A DNA stretch of 64,000 nt from Asterias rubens. Its lineage: Eukaryota. The stretch is from assembly GCF_902459465.1 (NCBI RefSeq), contig NC_047069.1:17174001-17238000 (forward strand), given 5' to 3'. Position 1 is the stretch's first letter. Each line of letters starts with the position of its first letter. The notes beneath the pieces were generated by a model that did no database searches, had not been told where the DNA came from, and saw only the letters and a program-made list of their open reading frames with translations. The position numbers and the translations under genes were made by a program. Below are positions 12,151-23,900 of the stretch, one piece after another.

Positions 12151-14089
12151 TTATCTTGAGGATTTCCCACAGGAGTACAAACCAACAGAATATTCATTGT
12201 GTAAAGTGTAGTGTTTTTTTAGACTGACTTTCTTTTTAAAAGATTTCCCACATTCCTTGCAATTGAAGCGTTCATCATCTGTGTGGAACTTGTGGTGATC
12301 TTTCAAACTTGTCGCACGGGTGAACGCCGTGCCACAAACCTCACAAACAAATGGCTTTATCTTTGTGTGAACAGTTTGATGCTGTTTTAGATTGCCCAGT
12401 TGTACAAAGCTTCTGCCGCACATTTCACAAATGAAAGGTTTTTCATTGGTGTGGACCTTGATATGTTTTTTTAAACTGCTAGTCTCAGCGAAGGTTTTAC
12501 TGCAACTATTGCAATGGAATGGTTTTTCCTTGGTGTGTACCCTACGATGCCTTGTAAGAGTACTATTGATGGTGAATGCTTTACCGCAAACGTCACAAAC
12601 AAATGGTTTCTCGTTTGTGTGGACTACACAATGTTGTCTAAGATTGCTCAGTTGCGTGAAACATTTCCCACACAAATCACAAATAAATGGTCTCTCTTTG
12701 GTGTGAACTCTAACATGCATGACTAAACTGCTCCTGCGTGAAAAGGCCTTGCCGCAAATATCGCAGATCATAGGTTTACCCCCAAAGTGGTTCCGATGGT
12801 GTTGTCTAAGCCTGGTTTGGTTACGGAAGGATTCACCACACAAATCACACATGAACAATTTCTCCTCGGTGTGGATCTTCAGATGCTTGGCAAGGCCTGA
12901 TTTGTCCGAGAAGCTCTTACTGCAAACGTAGCAAACCAATGTTTTTTCATCGCTATGGACGGCGCGATGCTGTTTCAGATTACCATTCTGTGAGAAAGAC
13001 TTCCCGCAGGTCTCACAACTATAGGGTTTCTCCAGAGTGTGTGTTCGTATATGCCTCTTTAAACCACAACTGAATGAGAATCTCTTATAACACATGGTGC
13101 AACTATACGGCTTCTCGTTGGCGTGGACCCGCTGATGAAGTTTCAGACTACTGTTGCGTGTGAACGATCTGTTACAAATGTGACACACATTGTGCCTGCC
13201 TCTACCTTCCATTGGAAAAGTTAGCTGGAATAAAAAATAAAAGAGAATATTTTAAAACCAAAGTCTTTCATTTAATTTGTTCTGGTTGTGAAGCCAGGAC
13301 TCAGCGACGCTAAGTATGTGTGGAGAGTACCCGCCCAAATATGGAGATGGTGGTTTTGCGGCTAACTTACAAAAAGTATGTGGGCACTAGGTAGTACGTC
13401 CGATAATGACAAATTTCAGTTAAAACATGGCGAATAGAGCCCCAGTAACTGTGTCTAGCCTATAGGTAAACCTAGCCAGTAACGATGCTGGGGTGCTGCA
13501 TTTTTTTTTACATTTGCATTTTTACGGAGTACAGCGCCCATGCCAGTTATATACTTGAGGCTTAGACCCAGTGACTGTGGCGCTAGATTCCTTTTTTCGA
13601 AATTTTGACATTATCGGTCATCTACCGAGATTCCTTTTTTCAAAATTTTGACATTATATCGGTCATCTACTGATAATGTCAAAATTTCGAAAAAAGGAAT
13701 CTAGTGCCCCAGTCAATTGGTCTAACTTAGGCCTACTGGTTCTATCTCTAATCTAGTCCCTAGCTGTTTGTATAGGCACACTGTCACTTATGGGAATGAC
13801 AAGGAGCACCTTTCTTTAATAAAACAAGACACATATATGTAATAATTGCAATAGTAAACTGTCAATATCAACAACAGACAACAAAATGACACACAACTTT
13901 AATACAGTTTGTGATGTCAATTTTAGGGTCTTAGCTAGGCCTACCAGCCTACTGAATTTTTTTCATGATTAATATAATTAAAATATAAGTTTCAATTCAA
14001 TGTCCAATGTCCCAATGACCTACTCCTGGAACTACGATATGAGGTTCGTTCGGCTTTCGTCTCCCGTTGGCTCGAACCTCATTGCTCAT
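12151..14089 (-). CDS. C2H2 zinc-finger protein with 12 tandem fingers and no obvious effector domain
   Basis: ORF 12151-13212 has 12 C-x2-C...H-x3-H fingers with TxEKP linkers. Acceptor ttattccag|CTA at 13224. Probable short first coding exon 14089-14024 (MSNEVRANGRRKPNEPHIVVPG, donor GTAGGT) joins in phase 0; this exon is less certain than the finger exon. Confidence 0.9.
13561..13725. mobile_element. Hairpin MITE (same family at 32905-33095)
   Basis: Arms ttagacccagtgactgtggcgctagattccttttttcgaaattttgacattatc and gataatgtcaaaatttcgaaaaaaggaatctagtgccccagtcaattggtctaa. Confidence 0.75.
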
Positions 14090-14094
14090 AGTTC

Positions 14095-14270
14095 TAAGTT
14101 ACATCCATGGTAGTAGCATGGCGGAAGTCTTGTAGTACTACTACACTAGTACTACAGTGTAGTAGTAGTAGTAGTAGTACTACTCTACTCTACCTTGCTT
14201 ATTTTTTACCACTCACTGAAAAGGTAAAAGAAGTCCTACCGTCGTCGGCGTCACTCGTAAAAAAGGTTGA
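14095..14270. promoter_or_regulatory. Probable promoter region of the zinc-finger gene
   Basis: Immediately upstream of the first coding exon. Contains ATGGCGGAAG (YY1/ETS-like), ACTACA motifs (ZNF143-like half sites), a (gta)n microsatellite and local CpG enrichment. Confidence 0.4.
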
Positions 14271-14769
14271 AAATATCATTATAAAAACAACTACATCTGC
14301 ACATGGAGGTCTGCAGCTTCTTGCTTTTTTCTCATCAGAAGGACAGACACAACAAAGACATCACAGCATCTCCGGTCCTCATTGATTGCAAAACAAACAA
14401 CATGATGGAACAATCCTCCCCAATAACAGCTAGTGTTTTTTGACAGACTGCGGTGTTTTTCACATCATCACACATATATCTGCAAATGTTTGCCAAGAGC
14501 GCCCTCAATCGACAAAAAAGTTATTATGTGGGATATTATTATTTTTGCCCAAGAAATAAATAGGCCTAATTTTCCAAAGGCCTCTTTTTTAAAGATCAAA
14601 AAGCGGATGATTGAGCCTAGCATTTCAGAGGCAACTTTATAAAACTATACACAACACTTCTGCTGCATCTGATTTATTTCAGCAAAGTTATGATTACGAA
14701 TTTGTAGGATATTTAAATTTTGAATAATCACATTATTTCAAAAACTTGATCGACAATAAAAGGGTACGG

Positions 14770-15260
14770 GATAAGACCAGGGTTAGGGTTGTGTGTTAGT
14801 AGGGACAAGAGGAGGGTTAGGGTGCGGGCTAGGGACAAGGGTTATGGATAACACTAGGGTAATACACGTGTGTTAAGGACAAGACAAGGATTAGGGTTTA
14901 AATGGACAAGACAAAGGGTGAGGGATATGATGAGGGTTGGGAACAAAATTAAGTGTTGGAGTTATGGGTAAGGGACAAGGCGAAGACTAGGGTGAGGGAT
15001 AACATGGGTCAGGGATAAGATAAGGGTCAGGGTTGGGGTTATTGACAAGACCTGGGTTAAGCCTGGTTCATACTTCCTGCGAATGCGAATGCGATACGAA
15101 GAGTTAGGGTTATGGGTTAGGGACTGGCATGGCAAGGGACAAGGGTTAGGGATAAGACAAGGGTTAGGGTTAGGTTATAGACAAAGAGGGTTAGGAATAA
15201 GACAATGGATAGGGTTGGACGAGGGATAGAGTATTAAGGAACAAGACAAGTATTAGGGTC
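14770..15260 (+). repeat. Degenerate TTAGGG-rich satellite (interstitial telomere-like) with gacaag spacers
   Basis: Many ttaggg/gttagggtt motifs alternate with ggacaag/gataag over about 490 bp. Confidence 0.75.
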
Positions 15261-15581
15261 AATGCTACTTAACTACTTCTTATGACAAACTTACATGACA
15301 AGCACAAAAATCCTTGTGTTATCTCTGCTGCTCAACAGATGTTTATTTTCCATTCATAATAATATGCCTTGACTTTTAATGTATAAAAAGTGGTAAATTA
15401 AACTAACATTTTCAACAAATATTTCTTACAGACAGACTCCTTGTTAAAAAAAATACAGAAATTTAAAAGAAGATTACGCCTTTGCAAAAAAATCATGCAA
15501 AGGTACCACAGAAGATCCAGCATGTCATAATCCAAGATATTAGAATAAATTGATAAGTGTCAGTCATTAGAAATGAACATT

Positions 15582-15808
15582 GGGTGCATTCGTTTAGCTT
15601 CCCTTGACAAGAGCTAAACGAACGACCACTCACCGCTCTCGTATTGACGTACATCGTTTACCTGGGGCCAGCCCCCAAGTAACCCACTCCACAAGCAGGG
15701 CACTGGGGGGCTGACCTGGGTGAGCCCCTGGAATGACGGCAAAAGCTATTCGAACGCACCGGGGCAGCAGACTGGGGATGACCCAGGGAAGCTAAACGAA
15801 CGCACCCT
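15582..15808. mobile_element. GC-rich MITE (related copy at 19849-20094)
   Basis: TIR gggtgcattcgtttagcttccc / gggaagctaaacgaacgcaccc. Confidence 0.8.
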
Positions 15809-17532
15809 TTGAGAATGCTGAGCAAACTGTACACTGGTCCCCTGTCTTTATCTTCGATGTTAAAGATGGGTACTTGCCTAGTATTAACTTCATTGGATAA
15901 ACATGCAGTGACGTAAGTTTTCCATATCTGTGTTTTGATTGGTCCGAGGTGATGCGGGTGCGAGACACATTATTTTGGTCGCCTCCTGCATGCAGCGTGC
16001 ACTGTGTATGTATTATCATGGAGAAAGAAATATTTTCTATTTTCCTTCCTCCATGGTAATATACAAATACAATACATGTACTTGCATGTAATGCTGTTGT
16101 ACATACTGCTTATCTACATGTAAAAAGAATGAAATTCAAAACTGCATATGAATGAAAGTAATGATCAACAGATCTCCGACAAAGTCAAATCAAAACCTGC
16201 AGAACCAAAATCAAGACTAAATTTCAGCTCAGGACATAGTCTTGATTGGCAACGTTCATTTTGTTTCTGATATCACAACACAAATTTCTGGAGAACAGAT
16301 ATCTGTGTCACAGAAACATTTGATCCAGCTTTAAAGACTTGCTCAGTCCCTGCGAGTCAGCCCTCCACTGGTGAATAAAACAAAAACGCACATACGTTTC
16401 CCCAATTGGTATATCAATCCTAGTAATATTCCATGAACAAAATCATTTTTTTAAACTTTGTTGAACTGTTTCTTTCAATAAAGAGCCCCCCCCCCTCAAA
16501 AAAAAATGTATTAAGAGTAATAAAGGTTTTGAATATACATCGTTTGAAGAGAAAAATTTCCTGCAACTTCCCCAGGAAGTACGATGTAAAGTTTATTTAA
16601 TAGGTAAGTAGTAAATATATAGATAATAATTATAATAATAATATGGTTTTTAAATAGCGCATTATAACTTTAGACTTGAGCAAAAAACTAAAGGAAAAAC
16701 AGGTTTGGCCTCGGTTTCAAGCCTTCGTCAAGTGAGCGAGATTCAAAGCCTAAACCCAGTTCATGCTTCATAAACTCAATTTCCCTGCGTCACAATTAAT
16801 TAGAAAACAGTGCATACAAGATCGTTTGTGTCACGCAATTCGTTTTGCACTTGCTTTCACGTGAGATATGAAGCAGGCTCATCTAAATAAAACCCGGAGA
16901 ATGCTGAGCTTGATCGCCCCGTGACAACTTGACACCACAACTGTTTGGCAAAATGATCATCACCCGAGTGCACGTAGACCGTATATAAGTGTTTTTATTG
17001 GTCAATGCTCAAGATGTCTATACTGTATGGCAAACAAAAAAAGGCGTACGCGCACCGATAAAAGTTGTCACGATAAACAAAAACTCACGCATTCTCAGGT
17101 TCTATTTCCCATGAGTAGGCTTGACAGTAAACACTGTATATTATGGAGAGTACATCATAGATAATATAATGAACAAAGTAGTACAACACAATGGCAGTGA
17201 TACATGTGAATGTAAACAACAATTATATAAAACAAGGTGAAACAACAGTGTAAACAGTCTTAGAAAAGAGTAGAAAATAAATTTAAAATTAAACAAACTC
17301 ACTTCTTCAGAACAAAAGGAAAAAGTTTAAACGGGGGTTATTTAAACATGATTTAGACAGAATACCGTATGTAGAATGGAATGGTCCAAAAAGAAGAAAA
17401 ATCACCTGAACAGAACTAAGCAAGTGAAAATGTTGTGGGGTCTTACGGTCACAGTGATGGAGTCCCTGTTCATTAAACAGATTTCTTGGCTCCACAACCT
17501 CACTTAACGGGGCCCAGTTTCTTTGAGCCACC

Positions 17533-17874
17533 TTAAGGAACACGTTGCCTTGGATCGGTCGAGTTGATCTTTAAAAAGCATTTGCAACCGTTTGTTATAA
17601 AATGCATATGATTAGAAAGATATTTTAAAAGTGGAACACAATGATCCACACAAACATGTCTCGAAAATGCACGGTTTTCTTTTTACCTCGTCGACTAACA
17701 CAACCGTGTTAGTTTGCAGAGTAAAAGGAAAACCACGCAATTTCAAAGCAAATTTTTGTGGATCATTGTATTCTACTTTGAAAACATCTTTCTACCCAGA
17801 TGCATTTTATAAGAATTGGTTACAAAACACTTTTTATAGACCAACTCGTCCGATCCAAGGCAATGTGTTCCTTT
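17533..17874 (+). mobile_element. TTAA-flanked MITE family B (copies at 47899-48290 and 49636-49979)
   Basis: TIR ttaa(a)ggaacacgttgccttggatcggtcgagttg / caactcgtccgatccaaggcaatgtgttcctt. Confidence 0.85.
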
Positions 17875-20280
17875 TACACAAAAAGTAGCTAGCAAAAATT
17901 AACTTTTCTCACGTATCACCACATTAAGGTTACCAGCCAAAATACCAAACAACATCTATCGCTCTGACTGGTTTCCTGCTTATTTTCTGTGTGGCAGATG
18001 ATTGTTCAGGAAATATTTCTGCTAAGCAGCTCTTTGATATTCAGTTCTGTTTTGACTTGAACTATACTACAGCAATCCTCACACTTTTTGAAGGACACAG
18101 GACACCTGTGGTAATTGTCAAAGACCAGTCTTCTCACTTGGTGTATCTCCACATATCCACAAAATAAAAAACCTGTGAAAGTTGGTCATCAAAGTTGCAA
18201 GATAATAATGGAAGAAAAAACACCCTTGTCACACGAAGTTGTGTGCTTTCAGATACTTAATTTCAGGACCTCAAAATCTAATTCTGAGGTCTCGAAATCA
18301 AATTCAAATATTTCAGTGGAAAATTACTTCTTTCTCGAAAACTACAATGTTCAGATGGAGCCGTTTCTCATAATGTTTTATAGCATCAGCAGCACTCCAT
18401 TGCTTGTAAGTTTTTATGATACAATTATTTTGAGTAATTACCAATAGTGTCCAGTGCCTTTAGTGCGTGATCAGCTGTCATACTTATTATGCTGTTTCAC
18501 TTGGTCTGTTTTAGGTACAGTTGTTGCTAATAAAGTGGAATGCATGCAGAGGTTTTGTGACTAACAAACATATTTGACCAGGGTTCGATTTCACAAGCAA
18601 AGATTCATGTTAAGATGAGTCGTCAATATCACCATAAATGATTTGTAATGCGACACCAAACTTTGCTAAGCAATTAAGATTGTTATACCTCGGTAACAAA
18701 TTCTGAAGTTTGATTGGTCCAGAACCAATCACGTGCCGTGCAACAAAAACGCATGGTACATGGCTCGGGGTTCGGGTAACATGAAAAGTGATGTACACCG
18801 GTGTACATCACCTTGACCGTTCCCAGTGTTGTTCGATTTCCAGCGCTGTGTACGAAACACCTGCGGGTTCGAGGGAACAGTAAGGAATTGTTTCTTGTTC
18901 GTCTGTTTATTAAACAATGAGTACTCCATCGTAATAATGTTTGAAGATAACAACAGAAATTCGAGAAGAGGAACATTAATGTTACTAAGGTATAACAAAA
19001 CAATTGTTGCACTGTGTTTGGGGTCCATGGGTTTTGTACACCCTCGGGGGACCTTTTCCCCCTCGGGTGTACAAAACGGGGGAAAATGGCACCCTCGGCT
19101 TCGACTCGGGTGCCGTTTTCCCCCTCGGGTGTACAAAACGCCATGGACTCCGTCACAGCATGAAGCAATTGTATATTGATGCACAGTTGAAAACAATCTT
19201 GGTTTTTGTGAAATGGGTGCAAGGCCAGAAGCTTCATTCTTGTAATGGCAAAGCAGTTCCCCCCTAAAAACTAGGGACCATGGATGAAATTGCCTCTGTG
19301 TACAGAACCCCCCCCCTGAAAAAAAGGGGGGGGGGAGGGGAACAAAAAGGAACTGTCGGCATATACAAGAACCAACCTATTCATGATGAACGTTTTGTTT
19401 GTTTTCTTTGTCAAAGGCCATTTGTAATAATCTTTCTGACTTTCCATGGGAAACAAAGTTAGAAATCAGATTTAAAAAGGAGAAATATAATTGCATCAAT
19501 TACATGAATTGCAAGCCTGTACCATGTACGATAAGATAGCTTCTTAAAAAATGCTTCTTCGTTCTGGAAAAAAAGTTCATAAAATGGTCATCTTTGGTAG
19601 CCACCAACAGGGTGGCATCAGCTGGCAATAAGATATTGTTTTTATCCTCTAAAATACAAAGCGATATCAATTGCGTTGTTTTCCTTTTTTTTAAATTGAT
19701 AAACTCTCACTCTTAGAGCACTAGATGGTTGGAATACATGCATCCTTTCCACAAACCAATGTTGTCACTTCCATGAAACCCCCGACCCATGTTTAGGCTA
19801 GAACCATTCCTCCATTCCACACAACTCCACCACTTTATCTTCATCGTTGGGTGCGTTCGATAAGCTTCCCCAGGCCGACCCCGGTACGTTCGAATAGCTT
19901 TGACGTCATTTCAGGGGCTCACCCGGGTCAGCCTCCCGTGCCTTGCTTGTGGAAGGGTCACTTGGGTCTGGCCCGAGGTGCATGACGTCACCACGAGAGG
20001 GCAAACTGTGTGAACGTTCGATTAGCTCTTATCAGGGGCTCACCTGAATGAGCACCTCGGGGTCGAAACGGAGAAGCTTATCAAACCCACCCTATATTTG
20101 GAATCTTCAAACATTAATGGTCCTTATGCATTGATGTCATCATGACACCATATTAGAGGTCAAATGATGATGAAACAATGGAAACATAAGTCTTGTACGC
20201 GCGGTGCAGAGATTAAGCAAGTGAGCAAAATTCTTTTTACCTCTAGTCGAAGCGCCCTACCCATTGTGCATAAGGTCTCT

Positions 20281-20434
20281 ATAGACCTTATCGCAAATAC
20301 CAATGCGCAAGCGCAGACTGTTGAATGAGGTGCATTGTGGGATAGATATGGATCAAATTTGGATACCAGCTGGACCACAATGCACCTAATTCCAAGCTTT
20401 ACGCGCGCGCCCCGGTATTTGCGAAAAGGTCTAT
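20281..20434. mobile_element. Small MITE
   Basis: TIR atagaccttatcgcaaatacc / ggtatttgcgaaaaggtctat. Confidence 0.7.
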
Positions 20435-20983
20435 GCATGGAGGGAGTGGATGTAGTGCCCGTTGAACAGTAGTAAGGATTGACAAAATGCAGCACTCTAG
20501 TCTCAGGGTAGTCTCACACAATCCAAGGCAGAAACATCTCCATCGTTGATGAACACAGTGCAGCATTTATGTAACACACACCATTGCATTGAGAGACTCT
20601 CACTCATCAGAATAATGCTGCCGTTTCATCCATTCAATAAGTTTAGAAGAAGATAACCAATAAAAATGCTGAGATCTTTGGCAATTTCCATTTCACTATT
20701 GCATATTTGCTTGCTTTGACAGAAACTTGCAAGTACAACCATTTGTAGGCTGACCATCCAACTGCCGTCAAAACAGCCACAGCATGAAAAACTACTGCAA
20801 TAGTTTGGTGGATTTTAAAACAGGGCCTTCGTGTTCAAAATTACAACTTTGTCTGCAACAAGGAGTTCATGACCCTGACCACGTCCACTCTGCTCTAAAC
20901 GCAAGCTCAGTAATTTCTATAATAGTTTTTGGAATAAGTTGCAGTCTATCAAAGAAGTTCTAGAGTTAGGAGTGAATGTCCTG

Positions 20984-23900
20984 TCAAAGTCGCTGTGTAT
21001 CCACATCAAAATCAAGCACAAGCAGTTTAGTGTCCTCCGTGCCGTTACGGCTACCCACAGCACACACTAGTTTGGTCTGGTTAGCTCGAACCCGCCATAC
21101 AACACCACCACTTCCTCCACTCTCCAGGGTGACAAGATTGCGGATGAACTCCCCTGTATGCAAGTCCCACAGCTTGACTGTACCGTCGTCTGAGCTGGTG
21201 ATGACAAATTTTTTACTAAATTGAAGGCAGGTTACCGCACTCTGGTGCTTGTTTGGTCCTGGAAAAGAATAAAACATAATTTATTGAGTTTTTACAGATT
21301 GATTGGGAGAGGCATGTCACAAACCTGGAACTCTACGGTGGACTACCGAGAGTTAGCACCAAGATTAGGACAAGAAGGCTGAGATTAGCAGGACATACTG
21401 AGCTGGCAGTTAGCAGGCTGGTGCTATGGGCCTCTACTCAGGGTCACTGTTCCCCCCGTAACACACCACAAACCACCTCGATGTGGACACCTTGAGCCGG
21501 GACTCTGGCCTGAGACGGGAGGAGCCGAGTATAGCAATGGAGGACCAACGTGTTTGGAGGTACATCATCCGATGCTCCGCATCGACTGAATGAATTGTGC
21601 TCTCTCCGAGGCATGCCTTTTCATGGGCATATTAATATTTCAGTTAAAATTTATGCCAAGACAAGTACGTATTAATTTGTGATAAATCCAACAGTTTTAA
21701 AGTTTTGCTGATTTTCTTTTGATCTAATGGTGTATTGGGTATTTTGTTACAATTAGCAGTAAAACATTGTAACACGTTTCGTCCTGGGCCCCTGATCAAT
21801 GTTGACTCTCGTTGCTCGGTCTGTGCTCCAGCTGGAGTGGTTACTATTACTATGATATGATTTATTCAGCCAAGATTTCAACTAACTATACAACTATACA
21901 ATAAATTAATGTTTTTTACTTGTCCATCACTATAATGATGTGGTGGAACAGAAACAGAGAGGCGAAAACTATTTGAATCAGATGACAGGGCAAACTAATT
22001 ATAAAATGACCAGGGGTGGATTTCACAAAGAGTTAAGACTAGTCTCATCTCGAGAGACTAGTCTTATCTCGAGTGAGGATGAGTAACTTATCCAAGGACT
22101 AGCCTTAAGTTTTTAATATCTCCTAGGACTAGTCCTTACGCCTTGTGAAATCAACCCCTGGATTAATAAAAGTGAAGCAAACCACTGTGGTTAAAACACC
22201 AAATGCAAGGAAATAAATCTAAAATGATAACATCAAGCTTTACCTTGTAGCGTCTGCAGACACTGTCCGCTAGTGATGTCCCAGATCTTGACAGTAGAGT
22301 CAGCATTACCGGATACCAGGATGTTATCTTTAAGTTCCATACCGCTGGTCAATGATTGATGACCCATCAGGGTGTGTTTACACTCCCCCGTCTCCGCATC
22401 CCAGACCCTAATAGAGGTGTCCAGAGAACCACTGACGATATGAACACCATCAAACTAAAATGGAAAGGAAGTATTTAGACTGAATAAGGATACTAAAGAA
22501 ATGGAATGCTAAATATAGGATCCTGTAACTGGTTTAGCTACCCCAGTATTTTTTCAAGAATTGTGGGGCATGCTGGACCAAATTCCCCCCCCACATTTTA
22601 CTGCATAAGTCAATAAATTGTGATTCAGTAACTAGACAACAATACTTCTTCAGCAGTTAACTTTGGAGATTTGAACTTAATGTACAACCATGTAATTGCA
22701 AGTACTGGATCACGGTGACTGGTCACGAGACTTTATTAGAAATCTACCTCGCAATTGGCTTACTTTTCGATGGACTGTGCAAGTCTTGACACAATGTCAT
22801 GCACTTAACCCGGTCCCAATGTTGGAAACGCTTGGACTGATCTACAAGAATACAGCTGTGTCAATGCGTCATGAGCCATCAACCCTTACCTGTAATGAGT
22901 ACACCCTATTAGTGTGCCCCTGCAGTGTATGTAGACATTCCTCATTATCAGGATTCCATACTTTCACTGTGTAATCGTAGGCTCCACTGACTACCCGTCT
23001 ACCGTCGTACTGAACACAACGTACAGCTGCAACATGACCCATTAGTACGTGCAGACATTGACCGGTTTCAATATCCCATACTCTTAGTGTGGCATCTCGA
23101 GAGCCGCTAACCACCCTGGGTTTGGTGATAGAAAAAAATGTTTAATTAATAAATGTTCACTGTTATTTCCGCACTTCTTGTACTAGTACTATCAATTTTT
23201 ATTCAGTTTTGGGAAACACCATGTGTGTATTAGTAAACATTTACCCCGTTGTTTCCCTTGTGGTTTATTATTTGAAACCATGTGTGTATATCTACTTGTC
23301 TATTTAAAGCAAGACAGTTCTCTACTGCCAATCAGAGCAGTGCAGACTTGTCACTGAAACCTCTGAATCCCTATGGAGAGACCAGGATCTCAGACACTCA
23401 TCTGTCTCCTGATAATGACTAGAGCAGGCTTGTTGAACATTGAGACCAATTTAAAAAGTCCTCTCAATCCACTAAAGCAAAAGTAGTAGTAAATTTCTTT
23501 GCTAAGCAAAAATTGAGTGGGCACCAGTTGCAGCAATGTAAACTTTATGGAATTTCAGCTGGTACCCAGTTTTTGCCAAGCAGTGTTTTTCTGTGCTGAG
23601 CACACTTTTGTGCTTACAGGGTTGGTGAAATTGGGTCCTGCACCCCAGTCATTCTTAAGATCCTACAAAGACCAGATATCACACTTACTTGCTTCCATGT
23701 AGATGCATACATCTGACAGTTGATGTATGCCCATATAGCGTGTGTATACACTGACCAGTGTCTGCATTCCACACTTTGAGAGTACGGTCTGTTGAGCCAC
23801 TAATGATGATGTTATTGGACATCTGGGATGACCACACACCGCCTGTATGACCTACGAGTGTTCGAAGACACTGTGGAGAAACAGCAGAAAAAAAGTAGAA

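Noticed and set aside
12392-12931. Plus-strand ORFs within the zinc-finger exon
   Set aside because: Antisense shadows of the repetitive finger codons.
14107-14385. 92-aa Ser/Thr-rich ORF
   Set aside because: Driven by a (gta)n microsatellite in the promoter region.
18683-19267. Overlapping 117-184 aa ORFs
   Set aside because: GC-richer non-autonomous repeat with internal direct and inverted repeats (ccccctcgggtgtacaaaacg x2); open frames on both strands suggest low stop density rather than coding.
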